Assembly (NCBI RefSeq): GCF_021028975.2
Contig: NW_025950352.1
Coordinates: 682,001 to 746,000, forward strand
Length of the DNA: 64,000 nucleotides
Direction: 5' to 3'
Source of the DNA: Sphaerodactylus townsendi
Lineage: Eukaryota
Under the pieces are notes generated by a model. That model was not told where the DNA came from. It did not search any database and saw only the letters and a list, made by a program, of their open reading frames with translations. The position numbers and the translations under genes were made by a program. Positions 1 to 15,000 of the stretch are shown one piece after another (positions within the stretch are counted from its first letter, which is position 1; each line of letters opens with the position of its first letter).

Positions 1-3000
1 ATGGTGCCCCGGCTGGCCTGCGAAAGAACACGGACCTCGGCTCTCGGCCGGCCAAAGACCTGCGATCCGGACAGAGAAACTTCACGCTCCGCGCCAAGGA
101 GCACACGCAGCCCGGACTCAGCACAGCAACCCAGCCAAGTTTCTTGAGACACCCATCCCCCCCCCAGACCTCGGGGGCACAGCACCAGCTCAAGCAAGGG
201 CTGGCAAGAGCAGGAGACCCGGACAAGAGGGCACTCTGGCATCCCAGGCTCAGCCCACATCGCCCTGCCCCATACCCGGAGGTCTCCCGAGGCGGCTGCA
301 CAGAGAACTGCTCCGGCAGTCACAGCAGCTTCCTGCCGGTTCCCTTTTGCCGCGGCAACACACCAGCTCACGGGTGATGACCCGTCCAGGATCCGGGCAG
401 GTGGCTCCCTCCCTGCGCCGCGAATTGGTTGCTCAGGATGGCGTCCCCACCTCCTGAGAAAGATCCAAGAGCCCAGAGTTCCCGGATCTGGAAAGGGCAG
501 GCGCAAGGGGAGGCCAATTGGCCATGCTGAAAGCAGGGGCTGATGGGAATTGTAGTCACATAACATCCTGGAGTGCCAAGGTTCCCCACCCACTGGCATA
601 AGAGCTAATCCTGAATTCCCCAGATAAGCCTCCCACAGCTCAGGGCCGGCAGAGCTGGAAATCAAACCGGTTCCTCCAAGATCAGAGTGCACCTGCTCTT
701 CACACTCCTCGCCACTGCTGCTCCTTCCCGAGGAACCAGCCACATACAACACAGGACCTCCCCGCCACACAGTCCCAGTAGTAAAGAGGCGGGACTCCTC
801 CTAACAGCTTGCTGCTTTGAGCCTGCCTTTGGGAAATCTGATGACATGGGGGGAGGGCATGACCACCAAATGGCCCACTGAAGGAAGGCCCGGCCACCAA
901 CCACAAAATGGCTGCCACAGAAGCGCAGAGCCACCCTGCAGAGAGGAAGCCCAAGTGCAGAAGAGGCAGAAGAGGGGCAATTAAAGAATCCGCTTGGGGG
1001 AAAGGGAGGGGAGAGAAAACAAGAAGCAAACACCAAGGGGCAGCTGCCCCTGGAACAAGATGTTGTCACTCAACTTGCAGAAGACCTCTGCCTGGCCTCC
1101 CACCAGAGAAGAGTGTTGCGGGGCACCATGTTGGAGACGCTTGCTGGCATGGGAGGCCAGCACCCAGAGCCCCGGACCCTCGGTCCCCACCTTCCCTGGA
1201 ACGCAGATGGACAAGGGTACGAGGCAGCTGGCGTGGCGCCTCGCTTACCACTGAAATTGCACGCGTCTCTTGCGCCATGGCCCCCCAAGTGGACCCGGGA
1301 TGTGAGGTGGCGTTGGATCACGAGCCCCCCCCTCCCGGAGATGCCAAGAGAGCGCAGGAGAAGTCCAGCCTCTCCTTGATGTTGGTGGAATGGCCCGTGC
1401 ACGCTGCAGGATCTCGTCCCACATCTGCTCTGTTGGGAGGAAACAAAGGTCCGCGGAGGGACCCCCCCCTGCCCATTGCGGGCGCCACGACCTCCCTCCA
1501 GCCACGCCCTCGGACGCCCACGCTCACCCGCCATGCTCATGGGGCGGTGGGGGAAGGTGGAGAGCTGGATAGGAGGGAGAGTCAACCTGAGGGGCAGGCG
1601 GGCTGGACCCCCGGCCCAGAGCCCACCCACGTAATGCAGGCGATTAAGCCAAAGGCGAGGTCACAGCCGCCCATTACAGCTGGCCGGCTCAACCAGAATG
1701 GTGCTGGGGGGGCAGGAGAGGAAGATGTCACCCCGGTTCACAGCCAGCGCGGTTGGCCCCCCTGGCCCTCACCTCTGCCCCCCCCAAGCCCCTCTTGGGA
1801 AAAGCAGCCATCTGCCTGCCAGAGTCTGGTCTGGGACAGAAGATCCCCCCCCCCCCCGCACACACACACCTGTTTTGATCAATCAGGATGCTGGGGCCCG
1901 GGACGCAGTGGCCCCAGGAGAGATCCTCCAGCAGGTAGATGCAGGTGTCCTGGTAGCCCCCCTCAAAATAGCAGCGAGTCACCTGTGAAGCAGAGGCAGA
2001 CAACGGACAGGTTTCACAGGACCATCGTGTTGGGAAGGGCCACAGAGGCCATCTAGTCCCGCCCCCTGCCCAACGCAGGTTCAGCCGAGATCCCAGCAAG
2101 TGGTTGAAACGTGGGATTCTCTGCCTGGGAAGAATGTAACGACGGCCACACAGAGAGGCGGCTTTTGAAGGGGATCGGAGAGGCCTGCCTGCGGCGCCTC
2201 AAAGGACCTCTGAACCCCGTGCCTGGAGGCACCTCAAGGGAAGGCCTCGGCCTCGGTACCCTCTGGACAAGCAAGCAGGAAGCAGAGAAGAAGAAGAAGA
2301 AGAAGAGAAGTTTGGATTTATATCCCCCCTTTCTCTCCTGCAGGAGACTCAAAGGGGCTGACAATCTCCTTGCCCTTCCCCCTCACAACAAACACCCTGT
2401 GAGGTGCGTGGGGCTGAGAGAGCTCCGAGAAGCTGTGACTAGCCCAAGGTCACCCAGCTGGCATGTGTGGGAGTGTACAGGCTAATCTGAATTCCCCAGA
2501 TAAGCCTTCACAGCTCAGGCAGCAGAGCGGGGAATCAAACCCGGTTCCTCCAGATTAGATACACGAGCTCTTAACCTTTTGCGCCACTGCAATTCTCACA
2601 GCAGTGGGGAGTGAGCCGTGGGGCCCCACAGGGATCGGTGCTACACATGATGCTGCTTCACCTGTTCACAAACGGCTGAGATGTGGGGAGAGCAGAGGAG
2701 CAGCCCAGCTGGCAAAAACGGCAGCTCAACCCTAGAAGAGGCCGCCGGCCAGAAACAGACGGGGCCTATTTTGGAACAGCTCCGCTGGCTGCTAGCCTGT
2801 TTCCCGGTTCCATCCAAGGTGCCGGTGAGGACTTCTAAAGCCCTTCATGACCAGCGTCACCTTCCACGTTCCCCTTGGCAACAGCTATGGTCGTCGGGCA
2901 GCCATCTGCCAGCTATCCCTCCCACCGCTTAGGGTGGCCCATCTGGCATCGACTGTGGCCCGGGCCTTTTCCACCAGGGCTCCACTAAGGAAGGGGGGGG

Positions 3001-6000
3001 TGTCCCTGTCTTGAAGACCTTCAGGAGGCGATGAAAGGCCTGCCAGGGCTTGGGGGGGGGGGGTTTGAATGGCAGGTGTCTTCTAAGGTGGGAGGGGGGG
3101 AGGAAAGTTCTGAGGCTGGTTATTATACTTTTGGTTTTAGCTGCGGGTGGTTTCCATGATTGCTGTAGGTGCCTTGAACTAGAAAGACAGGCCAGATATA
3201 CATATTTTAAAATAATAAACAGACTCGCTTTTCCCGCTATCTAGTTCAGAATCCTACAACTTGTTAAAACAAAAATTGTTGGAAAGCGAATGGATTAATT
3301 TAATTAGGGCTGCTATGAAAACTTGTTCACCCTTACAACTTTCAATACCCCTATATCAAAACCGGATGGCTCCCTATTTGTATTTTTTGACTAATCCTAT
3401 GCAGAGAGGAGCCCTCACACTTGCTCACTTCAATGTTTTCCCCTCCGCTTTAGTGCGTGTTAGATTTAACAACTTGGAAACGAGCTAACTGGTATGCTCT
3501 TGTGGTGAACCACAAATTGAAACATTGGCACATCAACTGCTTTGCTGCCCTAGATCTGCTAATATCAGATCAAAATATTCCAATATTCTTTCTAGGATAC
3601 CTAGTGAAATGGGAGAATCAGGCAGACTTCCTTTCCTTCTGGACAATTCTGACAATGAAACTTGTGAATGGGTAGCACGATTTTTACTGGAGGTGATGCA
3701 CAATCAATAATTTATATTCTATCTTAAACCTTTGTATTTGTGTATCTTTTATCTCAGGTTTTTTATTGTGTTATGATTATTGTTATGCCAAATAAAGGCT
3801 TATTATTATTATAAATAATAAACAATTTTTTAGTAACTAGAATTCCCTCTCAGTGGAAGATACTATCAGAGGCAGCATTAAAATGGGGCTATCCAAATTC
3901 ATGGAGGAGAGAACCATCCGAGGCGACCGACCAGCCGCAGTGAATAAAGGGACTCTCCATATTCAAGGACGCCAGCACCGTCGCCAGGGGTGCGCTTCTT
4001 GGCACAATCCTCCTCGGCAACTGCTCTGGCTAATGCATGAAGCCAGTTGCTAGCCTAAATGGACAGTCGGCCTGATCCCACAGAGCTCTTCATAAGCTCC
4101 TCTGTCTGACTTTGGAGGTTCACCTTTGGCCCAGGGAGCGGGAGGGGATGAAACATGCCCTGTGGAAGCCCCCCTCCCCCTGAGCAAAAGGGACACACAA
4201 CCAGCTGAAGCAGAAGCCCCGGGTGAGAGAAGGGGGGCAAGAAAGAGACGAAGCCTTCACCTTCTCGACCCGGGCGGCTGCCTTGCTGGCGGGCACCGGC
4301 TCCTCCTGACCCAGCCCGCTGGTGGCGGTGCCCCTCACCCGGATGTCATCCACCAGGACGGCCCGGCTGGGGATGGTGAAGCCAAACTCCTGCAAGTATC
4401 TGAGAAGCCACATGCAGAGACCAGTTACTGCCGCACGCTGGCCACGTCCCGGTTAGCCCCCGCACGCGGTGGGGGAAGGGAGGCCTCACCTGGTAGCGAA
4501 GGAAGCCCTGAAGTCACCGGAGTGGCAGGAGGCGGGAGTGGCCGGGTGGCCCTTCGCCGAGCACATGAGAGCGCAGTCCGTCCGCTCGTAGCGCATGTGG
4601 AGAAAGGCCTCCGTGCTGATCTGGGCTCTGCTGGGCAGGCAGGAGGGAGAAGAAGAAGAAGAAGAGTTGGATTTATATCCCCCCTTTTTCTCCTGCAGGA
4701 GACTCAAAGGGGCTGACAATCTCCTTGCCCTTCCCCCCTCACAACAAACACCCTGTGAAGTAGGTGGGGCTGAGAGAGCTCTGAGAAGCTGTGACTAGCC
4801 CAAGGTCACCCAGCTGGCGTGTGTGGGAGTACAAGGGCTAATCTGAATTCCCCAGATAAGCCTCCGCAACTCAAGCGGCAGAGCAGGGAATCAAACCCGG
4901 TTCCTCCTGATCAGAATGCACCTGCTCTTAGCTAGAAGGTGGGGGGCTTCGAGCCAGACTCTTCCCTCATCGCCCAGAGTGCCACAGCACGAGCAGGCAA
5001 GGGGCCCAGCACCCAGACACCGCTGAGCCCCCTGCCCTCTGCCTCCAAGCACACACACACACAACCCCCGTGGCTACGGTGGCCTTGGCCAACCCCCACT
5101 TTCCCAGCCCCCTTACAGGTGGGCCCCTACCTGCGGAAGCCCTGGGCCACCAGAGCCTGGACACACTCCTCTTCCAGGGCTGCCACCCGCTCGTCCAGCC
5201 GGGCAAAGGCCTCGGGGGCATAGACCAGCGCACACGGCTCCTGGGCCTCGTGCACCACATTGGCCAGAGCCAGCCCGTAGGCCGACAGGATCCCGCTGTA
5301 CCTGCACACAGAAGGGGGAGAGGAGGGGCCAGCTGCACTTTGCCTTCCGGACCTCTGCCTCAACCGTCCCCTTTAGGGCCCCTTGGAAGGAAAAGGAGCC
5401 GCAGCAATTCTGGGCATGACCCACGGAAGGGCTGAGAGATGTCCCCCTCCCCATCCACAACATTCCTGCAGTTCCCCCCTCCCCCGCCACACACGCACGC
5501 ACGCACGCACGCAGCCCCCTCCTGCTCTCCCCTCCTGGGTCATGCTCAATGCACGGAGGACTCTGGTTGGGGTTTTGCAGGGGAGGCGGCCTCCGCTTGG
5601 AGGGCACAAGGAACGGTCCCCTGAAGCGGCTCACCCGAAAGGACAGCCCAGCAGAATTGCAACTCAGGCCTGCATGGGTTGGGAGTGCAGGAACGTCGGC
5701 TGGAAAGCACTCTGCACACTCCCAGAGGCTCATGTTTTCCAGCACCCAGCAATGAATGAACGAAAGTTGGCATCTCAAATCAATTCTCAGGCAAGGGGTC
5801 ATCCAGCCTGTTTGGAGTGCCACCCTCAGTCAGGAAGAAAGTTGTAGCCGGGGGGGGGGTTGGAAAAGCGTGGGCCCTGAGAATTCAAGCTTCAACCCCC
5901 CCTTCCCTCGCATACTTGTGGATAAACACTCTTCTCATGCCCAAGATCCGAGCGACGGCACAGGCGTGCTGTCCCCCAGCACCACCAAAGCAGGCAAGCA

Positions 6001-9000
6001 CATGACGCGCCGTATCGTGGCCCCGTGCCTGCCAAAACAAGGGGAGGCGAACTGTCAGGGGCAGAACCAGGTGGGGCAGTTCCTGGGCCTGGGAGGGAGG
6101 GGCTTCTGGTCCAGGTGCCTTGATGCCACGCCCAGCCACGCCCAGCCCTGCATCGTTCTCCCATGCAGAATGCCCAGATGCTGATCTTTTAAGAAGGGGA
6201 GGGAGGAGAGAGGTTTACATAAGAACATAAGAACTAGCCTGCTGGATCAGACCAGAGTCCATCTAGTCCAGCTCTCTGCTACTCGCAGTGGCCCACCAGG
6301 TGCCTTTGGGAGCTCACCTGCAGGAGGTGAAAGCAAGGGCCTTCTGCTGCTGCTGCTGCTGCTCCTGAGCACCTGGTCTGCTAAGGCATTTGCAATCTGA
6401 GATCAAGATTGGTAGCCATAGATCGACTTCTCCTCCATCAATCTGCCCAAGCCCCTTTTAAAGCTATCCAGGTGAGTGGCCATCACCACCTCCTGCGGCA
6501 GCATATTCCAAACACCAATCACACGTTGCGTGAAGAAGTGTTTCCTTTTATTAGTCCTAATTCTTCCCCCCAGCATTTTCAATGGATGCCCCCTGGTTCT
6601 AGTATTGTGAGAAAGAGAGAACAATTTCTCTCTGTCAACATTTTCTACCCCATGCATAATGTTTGGGGTTTGCTAGTTTACTTGGGGTTTTAACGGGGGC
6701 GGGGGCCCCGCAGGGAACTATTATTGCAATTTGCCTTGAACCACGAGGAAAGGTGGCATATAAATGTGTTAATGATAATCCATGAAGAAAGCAGGGCCTG
6801 GAACTCAAAGGAAATGCCAGCTCGGCCCGTTTCTCATCCAGGCCGCCATCCTCCTGGGACTGAGCAGTCACACCTGCCTGAGTCTACAAACGGCTGTGGA
6901 CTCAGAAGGGCGTGACTCTGCTTGCGGGCGGCAGAGCGGCGTCCTCCTTCCGGCTGCAGAGCGAACAACAGCAATTAAAATAATGGGGACGGCTTGATTG
7001 CTGCTCCTCATTCTAAGCGTCTCTCACGTGCTGCTTGAGAACCGTGAGTTGGAAATACCAGTGGGATTAGAAGCAGGAGAAAATCCCTGACTTTTGTGGG
7101 AAGGCTGAGAACTCATTTCGTGGACAGCGGCGGTCCCAGCTCCAAGCCTCCCTCCTCTGCCCGCCTCCAACTTTTCGGTTTGTAAGAAGAATATAACAGC
7201 CACCCCACGGGACCCGCCCCACTGAACGGGCTGCAGAGATTTCCTGGCCTCAGGCTGAAGCAGAGCTGTCCAAAGGGGTCATCAACGGACCCTCCCTCAC
7301 TTCCAATCACCCGCTCAGACTGGCAGGGCTGGGCCAGCATCACAGGCAGAGAACACCCCCCACCACCACCTGTTCCCTAAGAGTCTTAAGCGGTTGATGC
7401 CTGGCTCTGAGCTTGCTGCGCCCCCAGCGTCCTGGGCGCACGCTCCACCACTAAGCCACAGCCTCGGGTGGCCATGGCGGGGAGGAGGGCTGCGAGGAGG
7501 CTGCCCCTTCTGCAGGATCCTCCTTCGGTGCTCCAGCACGCTGGAAACAAGAGCCGGGGAAAGCCTCACCTGCGTCAAGGCGCGGATCGGCCGGCACATG
7601 GCTTCGTTGGCCACCCGGATGAAGCCCAGGGCCACTTCCTCCACACTGAGGGCTGACCAGGGCCCCAGGAAGGCATTGATGTCGGCAGTGAGCTTCCGAA
7701 AGGCCTGCAGGGGGGCGTCCTGCGAGAGCGGCTGGTCCTCGTGGGGCCCAAAGATGCACGGGAAATACTCGGGCAGAAGACGGCCGAGGCACAGGTTGGC
7801 ATCCGTCACAGTCAGGGGCCCTCCTGAAAACAACAAGGGGGGGGGGGTGAGAGAAAAATTTTAGGTACCCCCCTTGCCAGTCCCTGTCTGCACAGGCCAC
7901 AGATACCCAGGTCACCTCACCTTTCCTGTAGCAAGAGGGTCCCGGATGAGCCCCCGCTGACTCGGGGCCAACCACAAAGAGCCCAGATCTGCAGAGGGGA
8001 AAGACAGCTGGAACCAGCTGCCCCGGCGGCAGGGACAGGAGATCCCAAGGGACACGCTCCTGCCTCACAGAGGGCACAGGAGGAAAAGCGCCTTCCCAGA
8101 GGCCCTCACTGCTGGGTCATCGTTTCTACAGGACTTGGGAGGATGCGGCATTTTGGATAGATCCTGGGAACCTGCGTCAGGCCTGGGCTTCACCAGCTGT
8201 CTGCCCAGGAGCCTCTGGGGGCCCACGAGACTCTCAGGGCTGAGGATTCGGGGAGGGGGGAGAGTCAGAGGCCTCACACAGGCTGGCAAGAAGGGCCAAC
8301 GGTCAGGCGTGGTGCAGGGCAGAACAGAGCCAGGCAAAGCCATAGCGGGGGTGGTGGGGTGGGGTAGAGAAGCCAGGCCCACCTGAAGAAGAGCTGCGAG
8401 CCGCCCCCAGCAGCCACCGTGTTGATGTCCAGCTGTGGGGCCTGGATGCTGATGCCAGCAGTTGTGGCCTCAAAGACGTGCTCGTACTCCCCTGCGTAGC
8501 GGCTCACGTCCGTGGAGGTCCCTGCAGGAGAGAGCGGGTCAGCTGCATTGCAGGTCGGGGGGGGAGGGCACTGTCCCTTGTCGCTTGAGGCCACCAGAAC
8601 CCTTGCATGGGGGAGGGGGGGAGAAGACGCTTCAACTCCACCCCGCTGCCCTGCCAGGTGAGAAAGCCTCCTCCAGGCCGGCTCATCCCCTTGCCCCGCC
8701 CCGCCCCGACTCACCACCCATATCGAAGCCAATGACAGGCAGCCCACCCTCCTGGCGGTAGGTGGTGACCGCGTAGCCCACGACTCCACCGGCAGGGCCT
8801 GACACGATGGCGCGAGAACCGCTGAAGGCGTCCATGGGCGTGAGGCCGCCGTCAGAGCGCATGAACAAGACTGGCACACCCTGAAAGAAGGGAGCATGGG
8901 AGCGGGCTGGGCCAGAGCCAACAGGCCCCCCAGTCAGAGGTGAGATCCAGCAGGTTCTCACCAGTTCCCGAGAGTGGGTTACTAATTATTTGTGTGTGCC

Positions 9001-12000
9001 GAGAGGGGGTTGCTAATTGGGTCCGCTTTTCCACCTCCACGCCCTCGCCTCCCCGAGACTTTGGACGTGAAAGTTCCATATGGCAATTGCGACTAACAAT
9101 GTAACTCCCTGAACTGGGTTAATCCCTTCCAGGCACTGCAATTCATGGATTCTCAGCCTTTCTTACCTTTTATCTCACCAGTCTCTATCAAAGAACCTGT
9201 GTGTTTCACCATTGCTGTGTTCAGATTTGTGATTTGGGGCATTTTCTATAATGTGATGATGATTTAGAAATGACTTGGTGCAAAAAAAATGTGATGGGGT
9301 GGCTGCCCATTGGGGGGGGGATCCAACTCAGGTTTTGCCCAGGGCTCAGGTTTGCCTAGATACGCCTCTGCCCCCTTTGCTGAAGGGGGGCTGGCGAGGG
9401 AACCTGTTACTAAAATTTTTGGATCCCACCACTGCCCCCAACCCCTGCCCCAGTGACCAACTGAGAGGTCAGACGCCTCCCCTCCGGCCAGACCCTCCAG
9501 CCATGTGCTCGGCTGAAGTCAGGAAACTCTCAAGGAGACCCTGCCAGAGATGGGGCCAGGCCAACCCACCCCAGAATGAACTTGCCCAAAGGGTGGGTGG
9601 TCTGCAGGCCTCTGAAACGCCCCCCACTGCCCTGAACAATGGCTTGCTCTGGGAAATAAGCCTCAATCATTGGCCCCAAACAGGCCGGCCGTTTTCCGTT
9701 CCTGCTCTCCTTGACAGTCCATTGGAGGCCGTGGTCTCGCTCAGGTCAGGTGTTGGCATCCCAGGTGGAAAAACGAAGGCAGGTTTAGGGGAAGCACAGC
9801 GTTGCTGCGTGTGTTTCTCTCGCACACACACACACACACCCCGTTCTCCCATAGCCCCTTTGCAGAAACAAGGACAGCTTGATTCAAGATCTGGGAGACC
9901 CACAAGGTTTTCGGAGTGTGGGTTTTTAAGAGCCAAAAGTCCTTTTATCTGACCACAGGGAGAAAAGAGGGGGGTGCAGGTGGGAGCGGGGAAGAGCAGG
10001 GCTCTGCAACCAGGCCTCCACCAGCAGCATTTTGGGGGCCCCGGCACAAACAGTTTGTCTGATGAACGAACCCAGCCAGCAGGTTCACCGACTCAGCAGG
10101 GTGAAGCTGGTTAGTCTTGCAGCCGCCAGCCACCACCTCTCAAACCAGCCTACTTTACAGGGATGTTGTGGGGGCACAAAAGTGGGAACCGCAAACACCA
10201 GCCTGAGTTCCTGGCAGGGAGGAGGAATCAAAAAAGCGACACAAAGACCAGTCTCTTCCTAGTCCATTTGCGTGTTTTCAGGCAAGTCACCCCCCACCCC
10301 ACCCCCCTCCCCAGCAGGAACACCATCCATCATTCAGCTGTCTTGGGCTGGGGGCCTGCAGCTCCCACACAAGGTTCCAGGGACCGGGGGGGGGGGGGGG
10401 GAGTTTGCGGGGCCGGGGAGGAGCCAGAGGTGGGATCCAGCAGGTTCTCACAGGTTCCCAAGAGTAGGTTGCTAATTATTTGTGTGTGCCGAGAGAGGGT
10501 TACTAATTGGTGGTTTTGCCACGTGATTTTTGCCTTAGTTCCACCCCTCCTCTCAGCAGTAGCACGCAGAACTGGAAGCAGTCTAGCAGGAGGTGCACCG
10601 GCGTGCGTGGCAGCCTGCGCCTGCGTGCATTCGTTTCCCGCCCAAGGACCAGCTTAGTAGCTGCGTCCTTGCCACAGCCCCGCCCAGCAATGCCCCGCCC
10701 CCGGAATGCCCAGCCACGCCCCCGCCGTGCCCCGCCCAGCCCCATTGGTGCTATGCCACAGTTTGAATCCCACCCCCATGGGAACCTGTTACTAACATTT
10801 TTGGATCCCACCACTGGGAGGAGCCCAGGTCAAATCTGGCCCCCCCTCCTCCAGCATCGCTCAAGAGAATCCAAAAATGGCAGAGCACAGGGGCAAAGAC
10901 TTGTATGGCCAAAATGCCCTGCAGGTGGGGGAGTACATGACCCCCCCCCCAGCTGGTCCATGCAGCCACCCTCCTACCTGGGAGCCCACCAGAGGCATAC
11001 AGGGGGGAAATGGCGCCCGGAGACTACTCCTCCTCTGAGCGGCCTCCCTGCATGCTCAAGGGTGGGGGTTCTGGCATGGTGCCCCCCCCCCCCCCCACGG
11101 GCTCCCCAGAGCCTGAAAATCAGCTATAATACAAATGATCTTCGGCTTCAGGCAACCGCCTCCAGCAGCGCAAAAATTGTTTTAAATTTAGATGTTATGT
11201 TTTAATGTTCCTGTTTATTATATTTATTGTGTATGTTTTTATTGTTAGCCGCCTTGAGTCGCTAGAGAGACAGCAGGAGATAAATACAAGCAATAAAGAA
11301 ACAAAATGCAGAGGGCGCTCCTTCCTCAGGGGCCCGGTGAGCAACGGAGACAGGCCAGCCGGAGGCTCTGGAGAGGGCAAGGCCAACAACGGGACAGCCC
11401 AGACCCTCCTGGGCCACCCCGAGCAAGAACCCCGAGCCCCTCACTCCCAGCTAACCCTAACTCTACCAATTACTTTAGCTGTACAACAGTCCTGTAATGT
11501 AGGTCACACATTCAGAGGCAACACGGAGACAGCCTCAGAACCAAAGAGGCCAATGTTTCCTGTTCTGGCCTGGTCAATTCCAGGAAAGACACCCCCCAGG
11601 GAGAGCCCCCCCCCCCCCGTTCTCACCTGGAGTTGGGAAGCAAAGCCAGCCCGAAACCCTTCCAGATAGCGGCTGATGCAAGGGGTGAGGTAGGCGTCCG
11701 CACACGCGGTGTAGCCACGGGGCACGGCCCGCACCATCGGCATCACCTCTGAGGAAAGCGACACTTGCCGGAAGCCCAGATCACGGGCCAAGGCCCCCAC
11801 CTGCTGCTCATGGTTGGGCCACCTGTCAGGAACAGCCGATCAAGCTCTGTGCAGGGACCACAGGTGGCCAGGCACGGTAGAGATGGGGGCCAGCCCTTCC
11901 CTGGAGCCCTTCTGAACCGGGGCTGCATCGGCCCTGAAGGGAACCATCACGCACACCTTCTCCACGGACCCTCCATGCCTGGCCTGCTCCTGGCAGAACT

Positions 12001-15000
12001 AAGAGGGAGGTGGAGCAGGAGGGCAGCACCCCCCAACATCTGGCCCCTGCTTCCAAAACCCCATGCCCAGGGACTGATGTTCATCAAGCGCCCAAAGCTC
12101 GTCATATGTCACTTTTGGTTGCAAGTGCTGTTGTGTTCCCTGCCAAAACGCAAAGGCCACAACTGGGGGGAGGAGGGACCTGGGGGTGTGGAGACCGCAG
12201 GGCAGCCTCAAGCGCCAGGGCCTTGGTGTGGGCCCTCCAGGAGAGCTCATTCCCCAGCCCCCCTCTGGGTCACAAGAGGCGCGGACGCTGGCCCTCGGGG
12301 GCACCCAAAGCAGGCCTGTGCCCCTCCGAGAACAACACTGAGGCCACCTGGTGGGTCCCTGTTAGATGCTAGACATGCGCTAACTAATCAAATTGATATA
12401 TTTCAGCGGTGGCGAACCTTTGGCACTCCAGATATTATGGACTACAATTCCCATCAGCCCCTGCCAGCATGGCCAATTGTAGTCCATAACATCTAGAGTG
12501 CCAAAGGTTCGCCACCATGGATATATTTGTTTAGTTTCTTGCCAGCTATCTGGAGAGCACCCAAGGAGGGAGACGGCACAGCTGGGACGGAGAGGGGGGG
12601 CTGCCAAAAACAGAGCCCAAGTGGCTTGGAACGCTGCTCGGTTAGGAAGAGCTCCTCCCCGCCCGCAGCCACGCCCTGCAGCTATTGCATAGTTGGATCC
12701 AACTCCAAAAACCCGCCCATTTCGCTTGCCCTCCAAGTCCGGCCAGTCCCCCGCTTGCTTCTGCTGTGAGAGACATCGGCCTCCCCGGAGGTTTTGCGGC
12801 AGAGCCTCCCTCTGCAGGATTCCTGACGTGCCTCTCCCCAGACCCGTCCCCGGGACAAACGCTCCGCAAGATCAACACGGGGCCTGCCAGCGAGTGAGTT
12901 GGCAGCTGCCCAATGGGAATTTCCCCCAGGCGCCTTCCTGCTGGATTTGCTCCCCAGCCTCCTTTATCCACCTCTCATCTGAATTCTTTCTCGCAATTCT
13001 TGCATAACCAAGAGCGGATAGAGCTTCCCTCACATGGCTGGAAAGGAGTTGGCGGGGAGAGAAGCCGACCCAAGTGAATCTGGGACTTCAGCACAGACGT
13101 TGCCGTCTCTCGAGGGGTGGCTGGAATGGCGCCGGCTGGGGTGATTTTGGATTCTGCCAAACCCCCACCCCCCCCCCCACCCCGCATGCACGCTCACGTA
13201 CTTTGGGAACAACCCTGCCCGGTTGCCTCCCTCCCTGAGATGAGCCCTCTGCTCCAGGATGCTGCTTCTGCCACAAAAATAATCACACCAATGCGTGCTT
13301 ATACTCACAGAATGAGTAATATTTCAACCAATAATAAACTGAAATACAATTCTTTGTTCTCTTGGCAACGACTCAAAATATTCATTTTCATTTTAACCTT
13401 TAATGGCATATAGACTCAAAATATTATTAACATGGCTCAACCAGTAAGCATGTCGGCTGTTTGGCTATAAAACCTCTGGATTTGGTTTTTATTTCGATGA
13501 TTCTTTTTCAAGCTGTTATAATTCATGTGGGTTTTTTTTCTTTCTCCTCTACGAGTAAAACTATTCTCTTAAAGTTAACACTGCCCAATTTTCACTCCAA
13601 AAGGCTCTTCCAAATATAGTCCTTTAACTGTAGACGTTGGCATCAAAATCCATTATGGGCCATATTAACTTTAAGAAAACAGGTCTAGCTGTTGAATCGT
13701 ATTAATAATATTTTGAGTTGTTACCAAGAGAGCAACGATAGAATTGTATTCCAATTTATTATTGGTTGAAATATTACTCATTTTGTGAGTATAAGCACGC
13801 ACTGGTGTAATTACTTTGGTCTTTACCTGTTGTACACCAGCCTTGGTTACTATAGTAGCTTCTACCACAAAGACAGCCCCCTCCCCCCTCCCCCGCCAAG
13901 TTTGCAATGCAAGAACAGGCCCCACTTTGCTCCTCCCGTGCAGGTACCACTTCTTGGCATTCCCTTATGCCCGGCTTGTGTCTGAAATGATGGTGCCACC
14001 TCTGGGCCCCGTTCCCAGCTTCTAAAAGGCTTTGCTCAGGCAGAATCCGCCAGAGGTGCTGATCAGGCAGCACTGCAAAGGTGCAGAGCCGTCCACGGGC
14101 CCAGGGAGCCCCTGCCCTCCCCCACTCCTCTCCCTGGGGACGGTGAGCCCCCTGCCCCCCTGCCAGTTGGAGCCACGTCTCCCACATCACTGCATATCAT
14201 CAGTGCATGGAACTCCGCGCCACATAGGAGTGTAAAAGCGATCTCACGCGGCCAGACTACTACGGGATCCCTTTGCAAACAGTCTCGATGGCAGCCCCGC
14301 CCCTTTAGGGCATCCAGGGAATCCACAGAGTGCGGCTGCACCACCAAGTGAAGTTACGCCTGTCACACCTGGGCAGAGAAGCAGAACAGGACGCGTCCTC
14401 ATCTGGGGCTGGACCTCCCTCGACACGCACAAGCTCCTCCCAGGAGCCAGAAGCCGCCCCCCGTCATAATTCAGCGGCCCTGACCCCACCATTACCCCTC
14501 CTCAAACTAGGCAGGGTGTAGCAGCCTAGCCCACTCCACACCCTGCCTGCAGCCCGAGTCACACAGGTCTAGGTTGCAGCCAGGCTAGATTACTGCAACA
14601 CACGCCACGTGAGACAGCCCTTGAAGGCAGTTTGAAAAATCAGTGGGGGCAAAATGTGGCTGCCTTTGCCCTCGCTGCGATACGCTGGTAGCAGCAACCG
14701 CCCCAGGGCACCCCCCCCCCACATGCACTGACTGCCCACTTGCTTCCCTGGGGGCTCAATCATGCACGTAGGTAAGGGGGGGTTCTCGGGTTTGAACCCC
14801 CCCCATTCATGTCCGAAGCTCCGCCCACCCGTTTGAAAGCGCTTTAAAAAGCACTTATTTTAGTGCTTTTTTAGGTTTTGTTTCCGGCAGGGGGTGCATT
14901 TAATGGGCTAAAGGCACCAAACTTTCAGGGATTGTTTGGGGGACTCTCCTGATGATACTGCCCAGGTTTAGTGAGGTTTGGTTCAGGGGTTCAAATTTAT

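Noticed and set aside
908-2056. 382-aa plus-strand ORF
   Set aside because: Antisense to OPLAH exons/introns in GC-rich, error-rich sequence; low-complexity translation with no recognisable domain.
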